A stretch of 63,978 nt of DNA, the filler included, from Diploschistes diacapsis (Eukaryota): NCBI GenBank assembly GCA_023645945.1. It is 4 parts of 4 records of this genome, joined end to end, with 100 filler letters (N's around TTAATTAATTAA, not from the genome) between each part and the next. Parts side by side here need not be neighbours in the genome. Positions count along the whole stretch, not along the records: positions 1 to 16,446 come from JALAIB010000506.1; positions 16,547 to 32,979 come from JALAIB010000507.1; 2 more parts are not named here. One strand, written 5' to 3'. Position 1 is the first letter of the stretch. Each line of letters begins with the position of its first letter. A model generated the notes under the pieces. It had not been told where the DNA came from, searched no databases, and saw only the letters and a program-made list of their open reading frames with translations. Below, piece after piece: positions 12,425-23,399 of this stretch. Position numbers and translations under genes: made by a program.

Positions 12425-13354
12425 ATGATGAATACCGCGAAGTCCGTAAGAGAGATGCGGGCTGGCGAGGTTGATTTGGTGGGAAACCTGCGCAAACTAC
12501 TCTCATGCGATGAGAGTCCGCTTGCTAAGGATGACCTGCGTACTCGGGATCCCTTGGGTACGTACAGGTAGCTGCTCTATATGGCCTACGCTGACTTACT
12601 TACAGCTTCACCAGTCTCAGCTATTGATGTTATGGAAGAAAGTCAGCCGCCTTCACCTAGCTACGGCCCACCAAACAACTTTGGTGAAGTTGCTCCGGGC
12701 ATTTATCGCAGCAGCTTTCCGAAGGAGCCAAATTTTGACCACCTGGCTCAGCTCGAACTCAAGACTATCCTGTATGCCTACAGCTCATGGAGGTTCTTAG
12801 AGGATATTGACGTTTATAGGACTCTCGTGTCCGAAAAGGAAGATCCGCAGTATCTCAAGTTCATTGCTTCCAAAAACATCAAGCATCATCAAATTCCTAT
12901 TCCTCCGAATAAGGAGGCCTTTGATGCTATCCCTATTCAGGCCATGACCGAGGCACTAAGCCTGGTGTGTGATACACGCAACTACCCCATTCTCATTCAT
13001 TGCAACAAAGGAAAGGTATGTTTCTGCTTCTTCGAGCCGGCGCTGCTGATGCCAACGTGTTGGCAGCACCGAACTGGCTGCGTTGTTGGCTGCTACCGAA
13101 AAATGAGTGACTGGAAGATTGATGCAATCCTTGACGAGTACCGGCATTACGCCGGATTAAAGGCCCGTTCCTTGGATGAAAAGTACATTAGCGATTTCGA
13201 CAAGTACGGTATGGCGATGAGGCTGAACGACATTGTGTACCAATTAGCTAGGGATAACTATGGCTTTTTAACGCCTCCTTCGTCGGATAGGAGCTTCAAG
13301 GATAGCGATTCGAAGGCGCAAGGCTACGCCACTAGATCAATTCCTTTCGGATGA
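12425..13354 (+). CDS. Plant/fungal atypical dual-specificity phosphatase (SIW14/OCA family, Y_phosphatase2)
   Basis: PPNNFGEVAPGIYRSSFP, LELKTIL, YPILIHCNKGK|HRTGCVVGCYRK (intron 13016-13066 splits the P-loop), EYRHYAGLKAR. Further introns near 12558-12605 and 12772-12819. Confidence 0.88.
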
Positions 13355-13749
13355 TTGGAGAAAGAAATGATGCAAATCCTTTTCGAGATAGGAGACGAAG
13401 ATGTAGCGACTAGCGAATAGCGTGGCGCATTGGAGTTAAACGGCCGATGGTGGTAAGACCAGGCTCTGGACTTGTTGCATTAGCCCGGTGAACTGGCGAA
13501 ACTTTTTTTCTTCCTTATGATACCCAAGCTATTGGTATAGGGACAGCTTTCGAAGGTTATGAGAGCTCATATACAACAGTCACAGCGCATTGTTTTCCGA
13601 AGACGCATTCGATGTCTTCCGGCACCCTAATATTGAACTTTCGGGTGCGAATAGAAAGAGCGTTTTGGATTCTATACGGGCATCTGCTGTATTCAAAGGT
13701 CACCACTTGCGAGGCTCGGAAGGTAGAACCAATATCGTATACCTGGAAG

Positions 13750-13902
13750 CCTTGTAGTCAATATTCAGTTATTCGAATACGAATATTAACAGATTATTTA
13801 TATTCGAATATAATTTTTGACTATTCATATTCGAATAGAGATAATGATATTCGTATTCAAATGTTATATTCGAATATATTCGAAATATATTTGACTACAG
13901 GG
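13750..13902. mobile_element. 153-bp AT-rich MITE, hAT-like (12-bp TIRs, 8-bp target-site duplication)
   Basis: Left end CCTTGTAGTCAA, right end TTGACTACAGGG (1 mismatch). CCTGGAAG is repeated at 13742-13749 and 13903-13910. Four internal TATTCGAATA palindromes. Confidence 0.75.
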
Positions 13903-14389
13903 CCTGGAAGCAGAAATAGGCTTTGCAGTCTAAAAAGAGCAATGCTCCATTCCAACTCTTGCGTGTAGCCCATCCCTCGGCCCGATTGTAAGGGCGCATT
14001 GACCACAACACAACACCCCTGCTGTTTACATAGGGCTGACCTCCTTGTTCGTTGGAGTAAGCCAAAGGACTCGATGTTCAGCATGTCAAGTTGTCTCGTA
14101 CCTTCATTCACGACAAAAAGCCACTCGTTTCCTGTTGACACCTACCTTTCGTATGACCTATATAACGACCCGAGGGGTTTTGCTTGTTCCAATACTGCTA
14201 GCTTGCGTATAGCCAACAAATTCCGCGGCGCCCTACTTCTTCAGCTTCACTGTCAATCGTTCCTACCCACTTAACAGACGGTGGCTGGTCTTCGCTTACT
14301 TTTTCTTTCTTTTGACACAACATTGTTCCAGGAGCTATAGGCGCGTCTATATTCGAATCGCTCACCTTATTAGTTGTTGAGAATTTGAC

Positions 14390-15727
14390 ATGGCTACCGC
14401 GGAGGCAATGTCTCGGCCTCCTGGTAGGCTGCGATCATGAGCCCGATGTGGAAGAATGCTGATACCTGCTCAAGATAGGCATGGCCGCCGAAAACACTTC
14501 ACCAGTTTTGTAAAGAGATTGGCAAACCTCAAAGGATCCTCGGATTCTGGGCTCTCGGGAGCGACGAAGTCGAAGAAGAACTCTACAGTCAAGAACAATC
14601 CCTACCCGCTTTCAGGCGCAATGCGACCGAATGCTACGAACACTGTGGAGCCGTCGCACAATGGCCATCTCTCCTTCGCTACTCAGCCATCCACTAGAAG
14701 CACGGAAGATCAGTCTCTGGCACATAGCCGGGGGTCCTTATCTGTGTCGCAAGATGGGCAAGCCTACCCTACAGGCAAGAAGTCTGCCGCACCCACGGTG
14801 TCGACAAATCCAGGAACGACACACTCAGATACTGCGCAATCGAAAACAGGGACGGTTGCTACCGGTGGAGGTGCTCAAAGTTCTCACGGCATCGGTGGAG
14901 AAGGGAGTACATTCTCTTCTCCTGCTCCATCAGTCCGATCATTGTCTACAACACTTACAACCATACAATCGGGGACTCAAAGTAATGCGCTGGGTGGCTC
15001 AACAGCACAAGGTGGTCCCCCGAGCTCCACTAATCAGGGGGTTCAATTCTCTCACCAGTTTCCCACAACTTCTCCAGCCTCCGCTTTACCTTCCCACATG
15101 GTGGCGCATCCGAACCCCGGCCACCCAACATACAATCATGCCACTGCAAACAACCTTTGGACCGACAACGCTTCTATCCTTACCCTTGCATCATCTTCGA
15201 AGCGTCGCCGAAGAAATTCGCTCGACACCAACGCCTCTGTGCGGGCTCTCGCTCCATCGTCCATCTTTGGCGGCAGCCGTGAGTCGCTCCCGCTGAGCGT
15301 GCTCAGCAGTCCAGTCCCTGACTCAAGCGGCCTCGTAGCTGTGCACAATCGTCCAAGCATCGGTGGCCTACCGGCTACGGAGCGCGCGAGTGTTTACTCT
15401 TCGTCCGGCCTACCGAATACAGGCACCCTGAGCAGCGATAGAAACAGCTATTATGCGAACCCCAAGACGAGGGAAGCTGATGGAGGCAGCATCAGGAGCG
15501 GTAGAATGAGTCACGGTCGGAACGACAGTATTACAGGCAGCGTGGCTGGAGTCGCAGCTGTGCCGAGCTCGCCGCTTGCCAGCGCAAGAGAGGGATTCAT
15601 GCCGGAGAGGATCAGTCGGAGGAGCAGCGGCTGGGATGGCGAGGCATTTGATGGGGCAAGCGTGCACTCGAGGGAGCTGGGTCGGGTACCGACCATGGCT
15701 GCCATCTCGACGGCCCCGGAGAAGTGA
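14390..15727 (+). CDS. Uncharacterised fungal Ser/Gly-rich protein
   Basis: ATG 14390, intron ~14423-14475, then a 420+ codon ORF with blocks FVKRLANLK and TANNLWTDNASILTLASSSKRRRRNSLDTNASVRALAPSSIFGGSRESLPLSVLS, which I recall from uncharacterised Pezizomycotina proteins. Confidence 0.8.
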
Positions 15728-16293
15728 TCAGGGCCAGGGGCGGTAGTCTAGGGTATGGGCTATTGTTGGGCGTTATTGATGTGACCATTGACTGGAGATA
15801 TTGGTTGTCAGTTTGATCGGCAATGGACCGGATTCAGGTTATGGTTATGGGAGGGCGCTGGGTCGACGGGTCAGGCTTGTATGATCCAGTGGCTAGGTTA
15901 TTGGTTTTCAGGCAGGTTCGAACGAGGATGCTTAATGCCGGGTTACAAGCGTGCAAAGAGCGTGAAGTTAATCACTGTGAGCAAGGGAGTTGATCATTCC
16001 CCTGTTATTCCCCTGCCACGAGCCGCGCGGCATCAACCTCGTTTTCCCACCGTTGTTAAGTCGCTCGGAGTAGCATGCACCTCGAAAACAGCACAAGTCG
16101 GGGGAATCGACTAGCGTGAAGTATCATTCGTATTCATCGTATCATCAAGCTACCGCAAGGCCATCCACCATCCACCAGCCAGCCAGTAATCATACAATCG
16201 ATCCGGACCCCATGTAGCGTGTTCTACAACCATCCTATCCACCACCAATTCACTCCGTTTCCTCCATCCCCACATAGCGCCCAGAAGCCCGGT

Positions 16294-16404
16294 TCAGACG
16301 TTGTTGATGGCCGCATTGACGGCGTCCGAGCCGGCGGTGGCGCCGGCGCCAAAGGTCACGGCGTTGCCGACCTTTTTGGCGAAGTCCTTGCCATGGTGAT
16401 GGTG
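16294..16404 (-). CDS. Terminal exon with an Lsb1/Pin3-like C-terminal tail (rest of gene lost at contig end)
   Basis: Branch GCTAAC (16424-16429) and CAG acceptor precede HHHHGKDFAKKVGNAVTFGAGATAGSDAVNAAINNV*, resembling the K.GNAA.FGAGAT.GS..VN tail of Pin3/Lsb1. Confidence 0.6.
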   Translation of the reverse strand, partial: HHHHGKDFAKKVGNAVTFGAGATAGSDAVNAAINNV

Positions 16405-16446
16405 CTGCAGCAGGAGGGGGGGAGTTAGCAGGCGCGAGAGAGGGGG

Positions 16447-16546
16447 NNNNNNNNNNNNNNNNNNNNNNNNNNNNNNNNNNNNNNNNNNNNTTAATTAATT
16501 AANNNNNNNNNNNNNNNNNNNNNNNNNNNNNNNNNNNNNNNNNNNN
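16447..16546. other. Artificial contig spacer N44-TTAATTAATTAA-N44
   Basis: 100-bp linker with stops in all frames; identical at three sites. Confidence 0.97.
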
Positions 16547-17022
16547 GGTGGAGGCGTGTGAAGGGTGATGAGGGATGTTGTTGGGGTTGGTGGGGGTGGG
16601 CTTGAACAACGTTGGCATGGGAGAAGAAGGGATATAATCTCATCATGTGAGCGACCAACGAATCTAGAACCGAACAATAGAAGAAGACACGGCCTTGATA
16701 ACAAGCATAAAGAGTAAAGATCCCAATCTTAGCAAGATCTTCAAGTCAATGATTAAGTTCTAATTGGGCGGAGCAAGCGAGTCCCCCATCAAGGATGTCA
16801 TGATCATGAGAAGCAGCACGCTACACCTAACCCAAGACCCCTCCATTCGAAACCAGACTGGATAGCCAACAACCCAACCGCGCCCGGTCATTTTGATTAC
16901 CGAATCCATGCAAGCTCGACCATATAAAGACAAAAAGACGCGTAAGCGCAATTCAATGCAGAAGCAAGCCCGACTCTTTTCGCCATTGCAACGCCCCGTA
17001 AATTCCCCCCTCTTCAAACCCC

Positions 17023-18609
17023 TCACGCATGAATGCACTCCTGCACCTTCGGATACCGCCTGACCATCTCCGCATACAGCTCGGGATGGTTCCGCATCAG
17101 AACCTCCGGGTCCCACGCGCTCGCCACGAAGATCGTGTCGACGCCCGCGCCCAGCGGCGTCATGAAGATCTGGCACACCTGCAGGCCGATCAAGAAGCTG
17201 AACGCCATGGCGACGGGGAAGTATGCGCCCTGGCTGTTGTACGCGGGCCGTGTGAACTCGAGGTACAGGAAGGCGAGCAGGGCGCACGCGAAGCCGACGA
17301 ACACGGAGCCCATGCTGAGTACGGGGCCGATCAGGCAGTCGTTGACGAGGGCGTCGATGCCGCGGTTCTTCATCATGCTCCACGTGTCCTTGGCGGCTTG
17401 GATGTAGGGTTTGCCGTAGAGGGCGATGTGCGAGAAAGCGTAGCGGTTGATAAACTCGGCGATGGACTGGATGATGCTTATGATACAGCCCAGAACGCAG
17501 AGCGCGCAGGCGGCGGCGGCGTTGCCCTGGCCGGCTTCCTGTTGCTGGGCGACAGAAACTATCTGGCGGACGCAGTTGATTAGGGCCACAATTAGGGAGC
17601 CGAAGGAGATGGAGCCAAAGGAATATGTGGTGGCTCGACGGAGGGCGCCGCGGGTAGCACCGGTGGGAAGACCGGACCATCCAGCGGACTTGCCGGTGCA
17701 GAAGAACCAAGAACCGTAGACGCCAGCGATGGTGGCGTAGATGGTGTTCTTGAGCCATTCGGAGATCCAGTAGGCGGCAAAGGTAATAAAGGCTATGAGG
17801 CCTATTACTTTTGCATAGGAGCACGAGTTGTCATTGGAGCAGGTGGATGAATTAGGGGCGTAGCGCACGTATACGGCTGCAAGAGTTACGGAGTACCAGG
17901 CTGCAAAGGCGAGAGCAAGCAGGCCACCGATGGCACTGACGAGGAAGACGTGTCCGTAGTTGCGCGCAACGTCGACGCTTGTCTGCAGCATGAGCACACT
18001 GAATGGAATGCGAGGGATCCAGGTGATGAAAGCGAAGACGGTGAAGACGGCAAAGATGAGAAAGACGATGCCGGCTCCGTACTGGTGCCTGTAGAGGTAG
18101 TAGATGGCAGTGCCGAAGCCTAGAATGATGTTGCAGATGCCGGTGATCCAGATGAATTGCTTCGTGAAGAGGCGAGCAGCGAGGAGGTATGACCATGAGA
18201 GGACAAAGGCTACCACGAGGACAAAGGCGAACAGAATGATGGTGTTGCTGTTGATGGAGAATTGGTTAGCATTGTTGTAGATTCCGCCGCTGTGGTTTGT
18301 CGCGTAGCCGTGGATAGCTAAACCTGATACCGCGACGAAGCCAAGGAAGGTCAGAATGAAGAGGATGCCGGCCCACAGGTCATTGTACTTCGGTCGCTCA
18401 AGCTTAAAGGTTTCGTCGAACGTCTGCTTGCCCTCGGTGAAAGCCTTGCCTTGAGCACCGTTCGGGTTGTAGTTCGGAGGTGGCTGCGAGTACTGTGCCT
18501 GCTCATTCTGCTGATAGCCCTGATTGTAGCCTCCGTTGTATCCCTGCTGCTGAGATGCGTATGACGGCTGCATCTGCTGGCCTTCGTTGTAATAGCCTTG
18601 AGATGCCAT
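17023..18609 (-). CDS. PNS1: Choline transporter-like (CTL/SLC44) membrane protein Pns1
   Basis: Q/Y/P-rich N-terminus, FKLERPKYNDLWAGILF, about 10 TM segments, TYSFGSISFGSLIVA, NRYAFSHIALYGKPYIQAAKDTW, GIDALVNDCLIGPVL. Confidence 0.95.
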   Translation of the reverse strand: MASQGYYNEGQQMQPSYASQQQGYNGGYNQGYQQNEQAQYSQPPPNYNPNGAQGKAFTEGKQTFDETFKLERPKYNDLWAGILFILTFLGFVAVSGLAIHGYATNHSGGIYNNANQFSINSNTIILFAFVLVVAFVLSWSYLLAARLFTKQFIWITGICNIILGFGTAIYYLYRHQYGAGIVFLIFAVFTVFAFITWIPRIPFSVLMLQTSVDVARNYGHVFLVSAIGGLLALAFAAWYSVTLAAVYVRYAPNSSTCSNDNSCSYAKVIGLIAFITFAAYWISEWLKNTIYATIAGVYGSWFFCTGKSAGWSGLPTGATRGALRRATTYSFGSISFGSLIVALINCVRQIVSVAQQQEAGQGNAAAACALCVLGCIISIIQSIAEFINRYAFSHIALYGKPYIQAAKDTWSMMKNRGIDALVNDCLIGPVLSMGSVFVGFACALLAFLYLEFTRPAYNSQGAYFPVAMAFSFLIGLQVCQIFMTPLGAGVDTIFVASAWDPEVLMRNHPELYAEMVRRYPKVQECIHA

Positions 18610-19021
18610 TACTAGGGATTATCGACTGGGCCTGCCCTGCAGGTCCTGTTACTGAAGCTTTCGGATTAGTTATTTTTCACGCGTACCAGTCACAGACGGT
18701 CGGTCAAAGGGAATTAAAAGGCTCAGAGGCCTTTAAAGAGAAGTTGCGCAGTTGAGATATCCGTTGTACTTGCAAGAAGGCTGAGTTGTTTGGGTTGGGC
18801 GAACAAACAAGTTTGATCGATGACGAAATTAGATGCCAAGACAGCCGTCATAAGAGGTAACTAGATCTAGGGCTTTGATTGGCTGCGAAAAAGGCTACTA
18901 TTGACCCTGATCAGGCCTAGGCTCATCCTTTTTGAGCCCCCATTCTCATTCGTATTTGGCTTAGCTTCATCTACCTCAGATCTGGAGATGGATTATTGAG
19001 CTAGTCTTTCATCCAGTCAGC

Positions 19022-20221
19022 ATGCAATGTATTGTCGTGCCTATGCCAACTACGCAACAAGGAGTAATGTCAACATCGTCTATAATTCCTCCGCCTGAAT
19101 CATTTCCCCCTCCCGCAACATTGTCTTCCCAAAGTCCGTCATCACAATCGTCCGCTCGTAAGCGTAAGCGTGATGTGAGTGTTGCTACTTCAACTCGCTT
19201 TACGGAAGCAACACGAAACCAACTTTTATCACTTTATGGCAGTGAGTGTTGGTTTTGTAATGCTAATACACGACTGGACAATTGCCATATCATTGGACAG
19301 AAAGACCGTGGGGTATGTGCGAAATCCAGATACGAAGCATGAGCTTTGTAGATGTCAGAGCAGCAGAGCTGATTTTTGGGTGCCTAGTTCTTCCTGTATC
19401 GGCAGGCCGGACTCCTACACTTCGAATCCCTTGCCGATATCCAAAATGCAATATCACTCTGTCCTACCTGTCACCGCGAATACGATGACACACAATGCCC
19501 AGGTTTCATCTTCTTTCCTTCGAACCTACAGTTCTTTATAAACTTTGAGCGGCAAGACTTCGAGCGACGGTGTAGGTGGACAAGAGATGGATGTGAAAGT
19601 CCTGCCCGCATATGCCCTTCTGCCGAGCAGTACCAAACGGAAGCTTCAGATCTCTACGAGCGTATCATGCTCCAAAACTATCTCCCTCGGCTTGGTAATG
19701 AGACCTCGGATATAGTTGGTGCACTACAATCAAAATCATGGCATGGATCACCGATGGCTGCACTTATGCGAACATTTTTGATACTCGGCAGTCCAGTCCT
19801 CGGTGGTGCAATAACACGGGAGCAAAGAGCTTTGTTGCGGGAATTGCAAGATCTTTACCTGCGTCCGGATCCTACGCCGCAGCTAGCTGAGTCATTGAAT
19901 GCGATCACTCCTGGACAAGCCACAGTGATCACGTCAGGCACATCGGAGTCGGGCAGAGCTTCAACACACGAGCAGAACACCCAACCTAATGCTCAAGATA
20001 CCTTACAACAAGGACAGAAGAACTGGGGGCCAGGAGGACCCGACAGTGCCGTCGATGTTGAGACGACAGGTCGCAGAAGCGACCGAGATGGAAGGGTCTT
20101 CAAACGCATGCGTCACGGATCGGATGATACGCAAAACAAATGGTCGTGGGGTCCGGCATCAAGTAGTCAAGACAAGGCATCGTGGCTTCCAAGGATGATG
20201 GGACACGCTGATGTTGAATAA
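19022..20221 (+). CDS. HNH-nuclease-domain protein (fungal HNH_2 type), about 374 aa after splicing
   Basis: Exon 1 CWFCNANTRLDNCHIIGQKDRG. Intron 19313-19387 (GTATGT..CCTAG). Exon 2 LLHFESLADIQNAISLCPTCHREYD..PGFIFFPSNLQFFINFE, in frame with ORF 19667-20221. Basic NLS-like RKRKR. Confidence 0.75.
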
Positions 20222-21506
20222 TACCATGTAATAATAATTGAGCAATGTCCGTCTCTACGTAGCGAGAAATCGAAACGTACAGTCATAAGAGAGAATATAC
20301 TGGTAATAGTACCACTCTGCGCAGTGTCCGCACCATCCACAATCTTTATCGCACAGTGCCCAGTGCTCATCGAGCTGCATGTCCATCATCTGCCCTGTAA
20401 GACTGTTTAGATTAATATCGAAGTTTATTACGAAAACCTTTCATTCGATAATAAATGACTAAGATGAACCTTTAAACATCTTATCGTTATTAATAGACGG
20501 CGTTTCGATAATGATGCAGCTTTTTCTATCCGCCATTATGGGTGTAAGGAGAAGACGATACCACTTACTTAAAAAAAGAAAGAATAGATTTTACTTAATT
20601 GTTAACCGCTATTTTAACAACCCTTGATCCTGAGTGCATTGACTGGGGGTGAGCGTTCATCATGATATTAAAGTAGCTCGAATCGGTGTGAACCAACGGC
20701 CGCACGATGTAAATACTTCCACATCTTGAATTCTCTTGAGCAGCCTCACCAAGCACGCAAAGCAGTGTAAAGACGTAGAGGCAAGAAAGTAGGGATGAGG
20801 AAAGTAGTCTGCTCCGACCACGGTTATAAAAAAGCCTTCCCCTGTTCTACGGGTCGCAAAACCTGACGTCTGCCCAATAAGAGTTTAGTGTGCTTGGCTA
20901 AGCGAAGCAATCCCAGCCGATCTAGAATCGTCAATTGCATCCCGAGTTATATCCAGGACATCCTTGTCCTACCACGTGTTTCCAAAGGTCGGCAGTTGAG
21001 CAAAGTAATTAGGTATTTTGCGGTACCGCCTGCTGCGTCTCTGTGCGGTTGAACCATGTATCTGCTGATTGGAGGCGCGACGAATTTGATTGAAGAAGCC
21101 AGTAGGTAAGACTTAGGGATAAGCTTGGCTTCAAGAGAGGCTTAGAAGAACAATCCTGGTCGCCATTAATAGTATTGGGCTACCTTTCATAGTGGTAGAT
21201 GCTTACAGATTCAGGACCCGCTATTATGTTGAGGCGCTGCTAGTAACGAGGGGAATAGGGAGGGACAGATGGCAGGTAGCCCAGGGATACTCTGGCTACA
21301 TTAAAAACATGATGGCGCGATAGTGTGATGGCATAGGTACAACTTTCTGTTCACCATAGGCGTCAGTAGGGGAACGTAATTTATCTCAAGACCGCAGCAA
21401 TCTCATTTGATCTAACTAGAAGGTAAGGACCGGATTATGTTCAAATTCATCCCAATACTCGAAAGTCGTTTTTCTTTTACCTCGTGCTCTTCAACCCGCA
21501 ATGGAC

Positions 21507-22169
21507 TTAAGAGGCGGAAGGGTTGATCACGTCTCTAAATTCCCATTTTCCTTTGCCCAGTACTGTGTAGGCGACAGATAACTTCATTGTGCCCTTGTTC
21601 GTGGAAGTCTGAAAGTACAGTTTCAGCTGTCGCTCGTCCTTATCAGCGGAGGGGACGATGTTGGCGCTCAGACCGCTGGCGGGTGAAATGTAATGACCCT
21701 TGGCGTTCAACATGCCCGACTCCCATTTCGCTCCACTGCCGCCGGTGCGGCAAAGCTCGCGAATTCGGGATTTGTCGTCGATGTAATAGACGCGAACCTA
21801 AGGAGATATATCTTGTCAATTGATGCTGAAAGTAGCACGGAAAGGAGGCGTTCAGGTAGGAGACTATAGGCTACAAACCTCCTGCAATTTTTTGAATGGA
21901 TCCATGTAGGCCACGGCTGTCACGAGAGGAGTGTCTTTGTTTACCGTGACAGCGTCGCCATTAAGCTGAAGGGTATTGGCTAGGTACTGGTACTCTTTGA
22001 GCTCATCCTTATTGGTGCTCTCCCAGTATGTCAATTCGCCGGTGGGATTCACATAAAAAGACAAGATCTTTGTCGGTCACGACGGCTGCAATGTCCTGCG
22101 AACATGTTAAATCGGGCCACAAGTGTGTTTGGAATTGACGATGTAGCATACCGAGAATTGAACAGGCAT
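21507..22169 (-). pseudogene. Short fucose-specific-lectin-like (beta-propeller blade) gene with an apparent +1 frameshift
   Basis: MPVQFS|DIAAVVTDKDLVF(frameshift at A5 22055-22059)YVNPTGELTYW..LVTAVAY..QE|VRVYYIDDKSRIRELCRTGGSGAKWESG..GLSANI..QLKLYFQ..GKW. Introns 22151-22096 and ~21878-21798. Confidence 0.6.
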
Positions 22170-22263
22170 GTTGGTCGATATAATGAGGTGCGTGAAGAAC
22201 TCTTTGAATGCTTTAGAAGGATCGTACTTTGTGAGGTTGTCGAGAAGGGGGGAGATGCTGTTC

Positions 22264-22269
22264 TTTATA
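22264..22269 (-). promoter_or_regulatory. TATA box of the lectin-like gene
   Basis: CTATAAAG on the minus strand about 95 bp upstream of ATG 22169. Confidence 0.45.
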
Positions 22270-23399
22270 GTTTTCGAGTAACCAGTTGCTCCTCCCTGGT
22301 AACATTCGAGGCTTGAACCTCGAGCAGCGAAACAAGAATCCAGATCACGGCACCTACAAGGACCAAGCAGCTAATGCAGACTAAGGACACAATCGCTAAA
22401 CAAATGATCAAGCAGGTGTGAATCCACACCAATTTCAAGACTTGAATCCTGCTCCATCCGGATCGGCATAGATAGCTTTTGCTAGCTGAGCGAAGTGGGT
22501 CGACACAATGCAAAGCAAGGGTTTGGAAAACCTCAGTATACAATCACATTTCACCGCGCATCGAGGCCATTGCCGAAGACACATAAATTGGTGAGAATTA
22601 CAACGGCATTGTGGTGGACGGATTACCAACCCTATAGGAGAGAATCAGAAAGATAGTCAGGAAGTGCTTCAAAACTAGCCATGGCGGAGATATACTTCCT
22701 TTCGGCTGCTGAAATCCATCCGGCACGTCTCAGACCTAACTAAGGCTGGGAAGCAACCAAATTTTCTTAGAGTAGGGACTTGATGCATGTCTCGACCGTT
22801 GATGAGCAAATGTTCAGCCAGCCACAAAAGATACAGAAAATGCAGTGTAGCTATTTAGAACGTGCATTAAATCCAACCGTCTAGGACTCGGCGTACGTCT
22901 GAATTTTTTCTTTTGCGATGCATTCGCGGGAAAGGGCCCAACTTCCCCCACAAATGGCGTCTCTGTGGCTGGCTGAAGATCAAGATCATAGTGTACGCTC
23001 TACGGAGGGGAATGAATAGGACTGGAAATTCCTTTTATCTATCCCTCAAATCGGACACTGTACAAGGCTCAGCACATAGTAGAATTTGCTTGCTTTGTTC
23101 ATTTCATCAAAATCGAGAGGTGTTGCTCTGATTGTTCAATTGTATGTTTAATCTGAAATTATCCCGAATGCAGTGGGCCTGGCTAGTTTGGAGGATTGGC
23201 AAGAGGGATCAACCTTCAGCGTCATAATTTTTAGTACTGAGAACACTTCATGACCAAGTGATATAATAAGTCACATGCAGTATGCACAACCAGACCTCCT
23301 AGTAGTGCATTGGAGCCTTTAGCATGCCTGCCTTCAAAGCGAATCCACCTGGACTTAATACTTTGGACCGGAGCCTCTTGAAGACAGTGTTCGTATTCC

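Noticed and set aside
13760..13890. TATTCGAATA array as a CRISPR-like or heat-shock element array
   Set aside because: Irregular short spacing, eukaryotic context and wrong TTC-GAA spacing for an HSE; better explained as a MITE interior.
16491..16502. TTAATTAATTAA as a biological motif (piggyBac TTAA or PacI site)
   Set aside because: It is centred in N-runs at all three gaps; an assembly linker.
16547..16618. ATG at 16618 (-) giving MPTLFKPTPTNPNN.. as the start of the Pin3-like exon
   Set aside because: It lies on a different contig across an artificial linker; joining is unjustified.
16760..18196. Long overlapping ORFs (354 aa, 184 aa and others) at PNS1
   Set aside because: Shadow frames caused by high third-position GC in PNS1; no motifs.
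20400..20620. AT-rich patch as a RIP-degraded transposon
   Set aside because: No TIR, TSD or coding remnant found.
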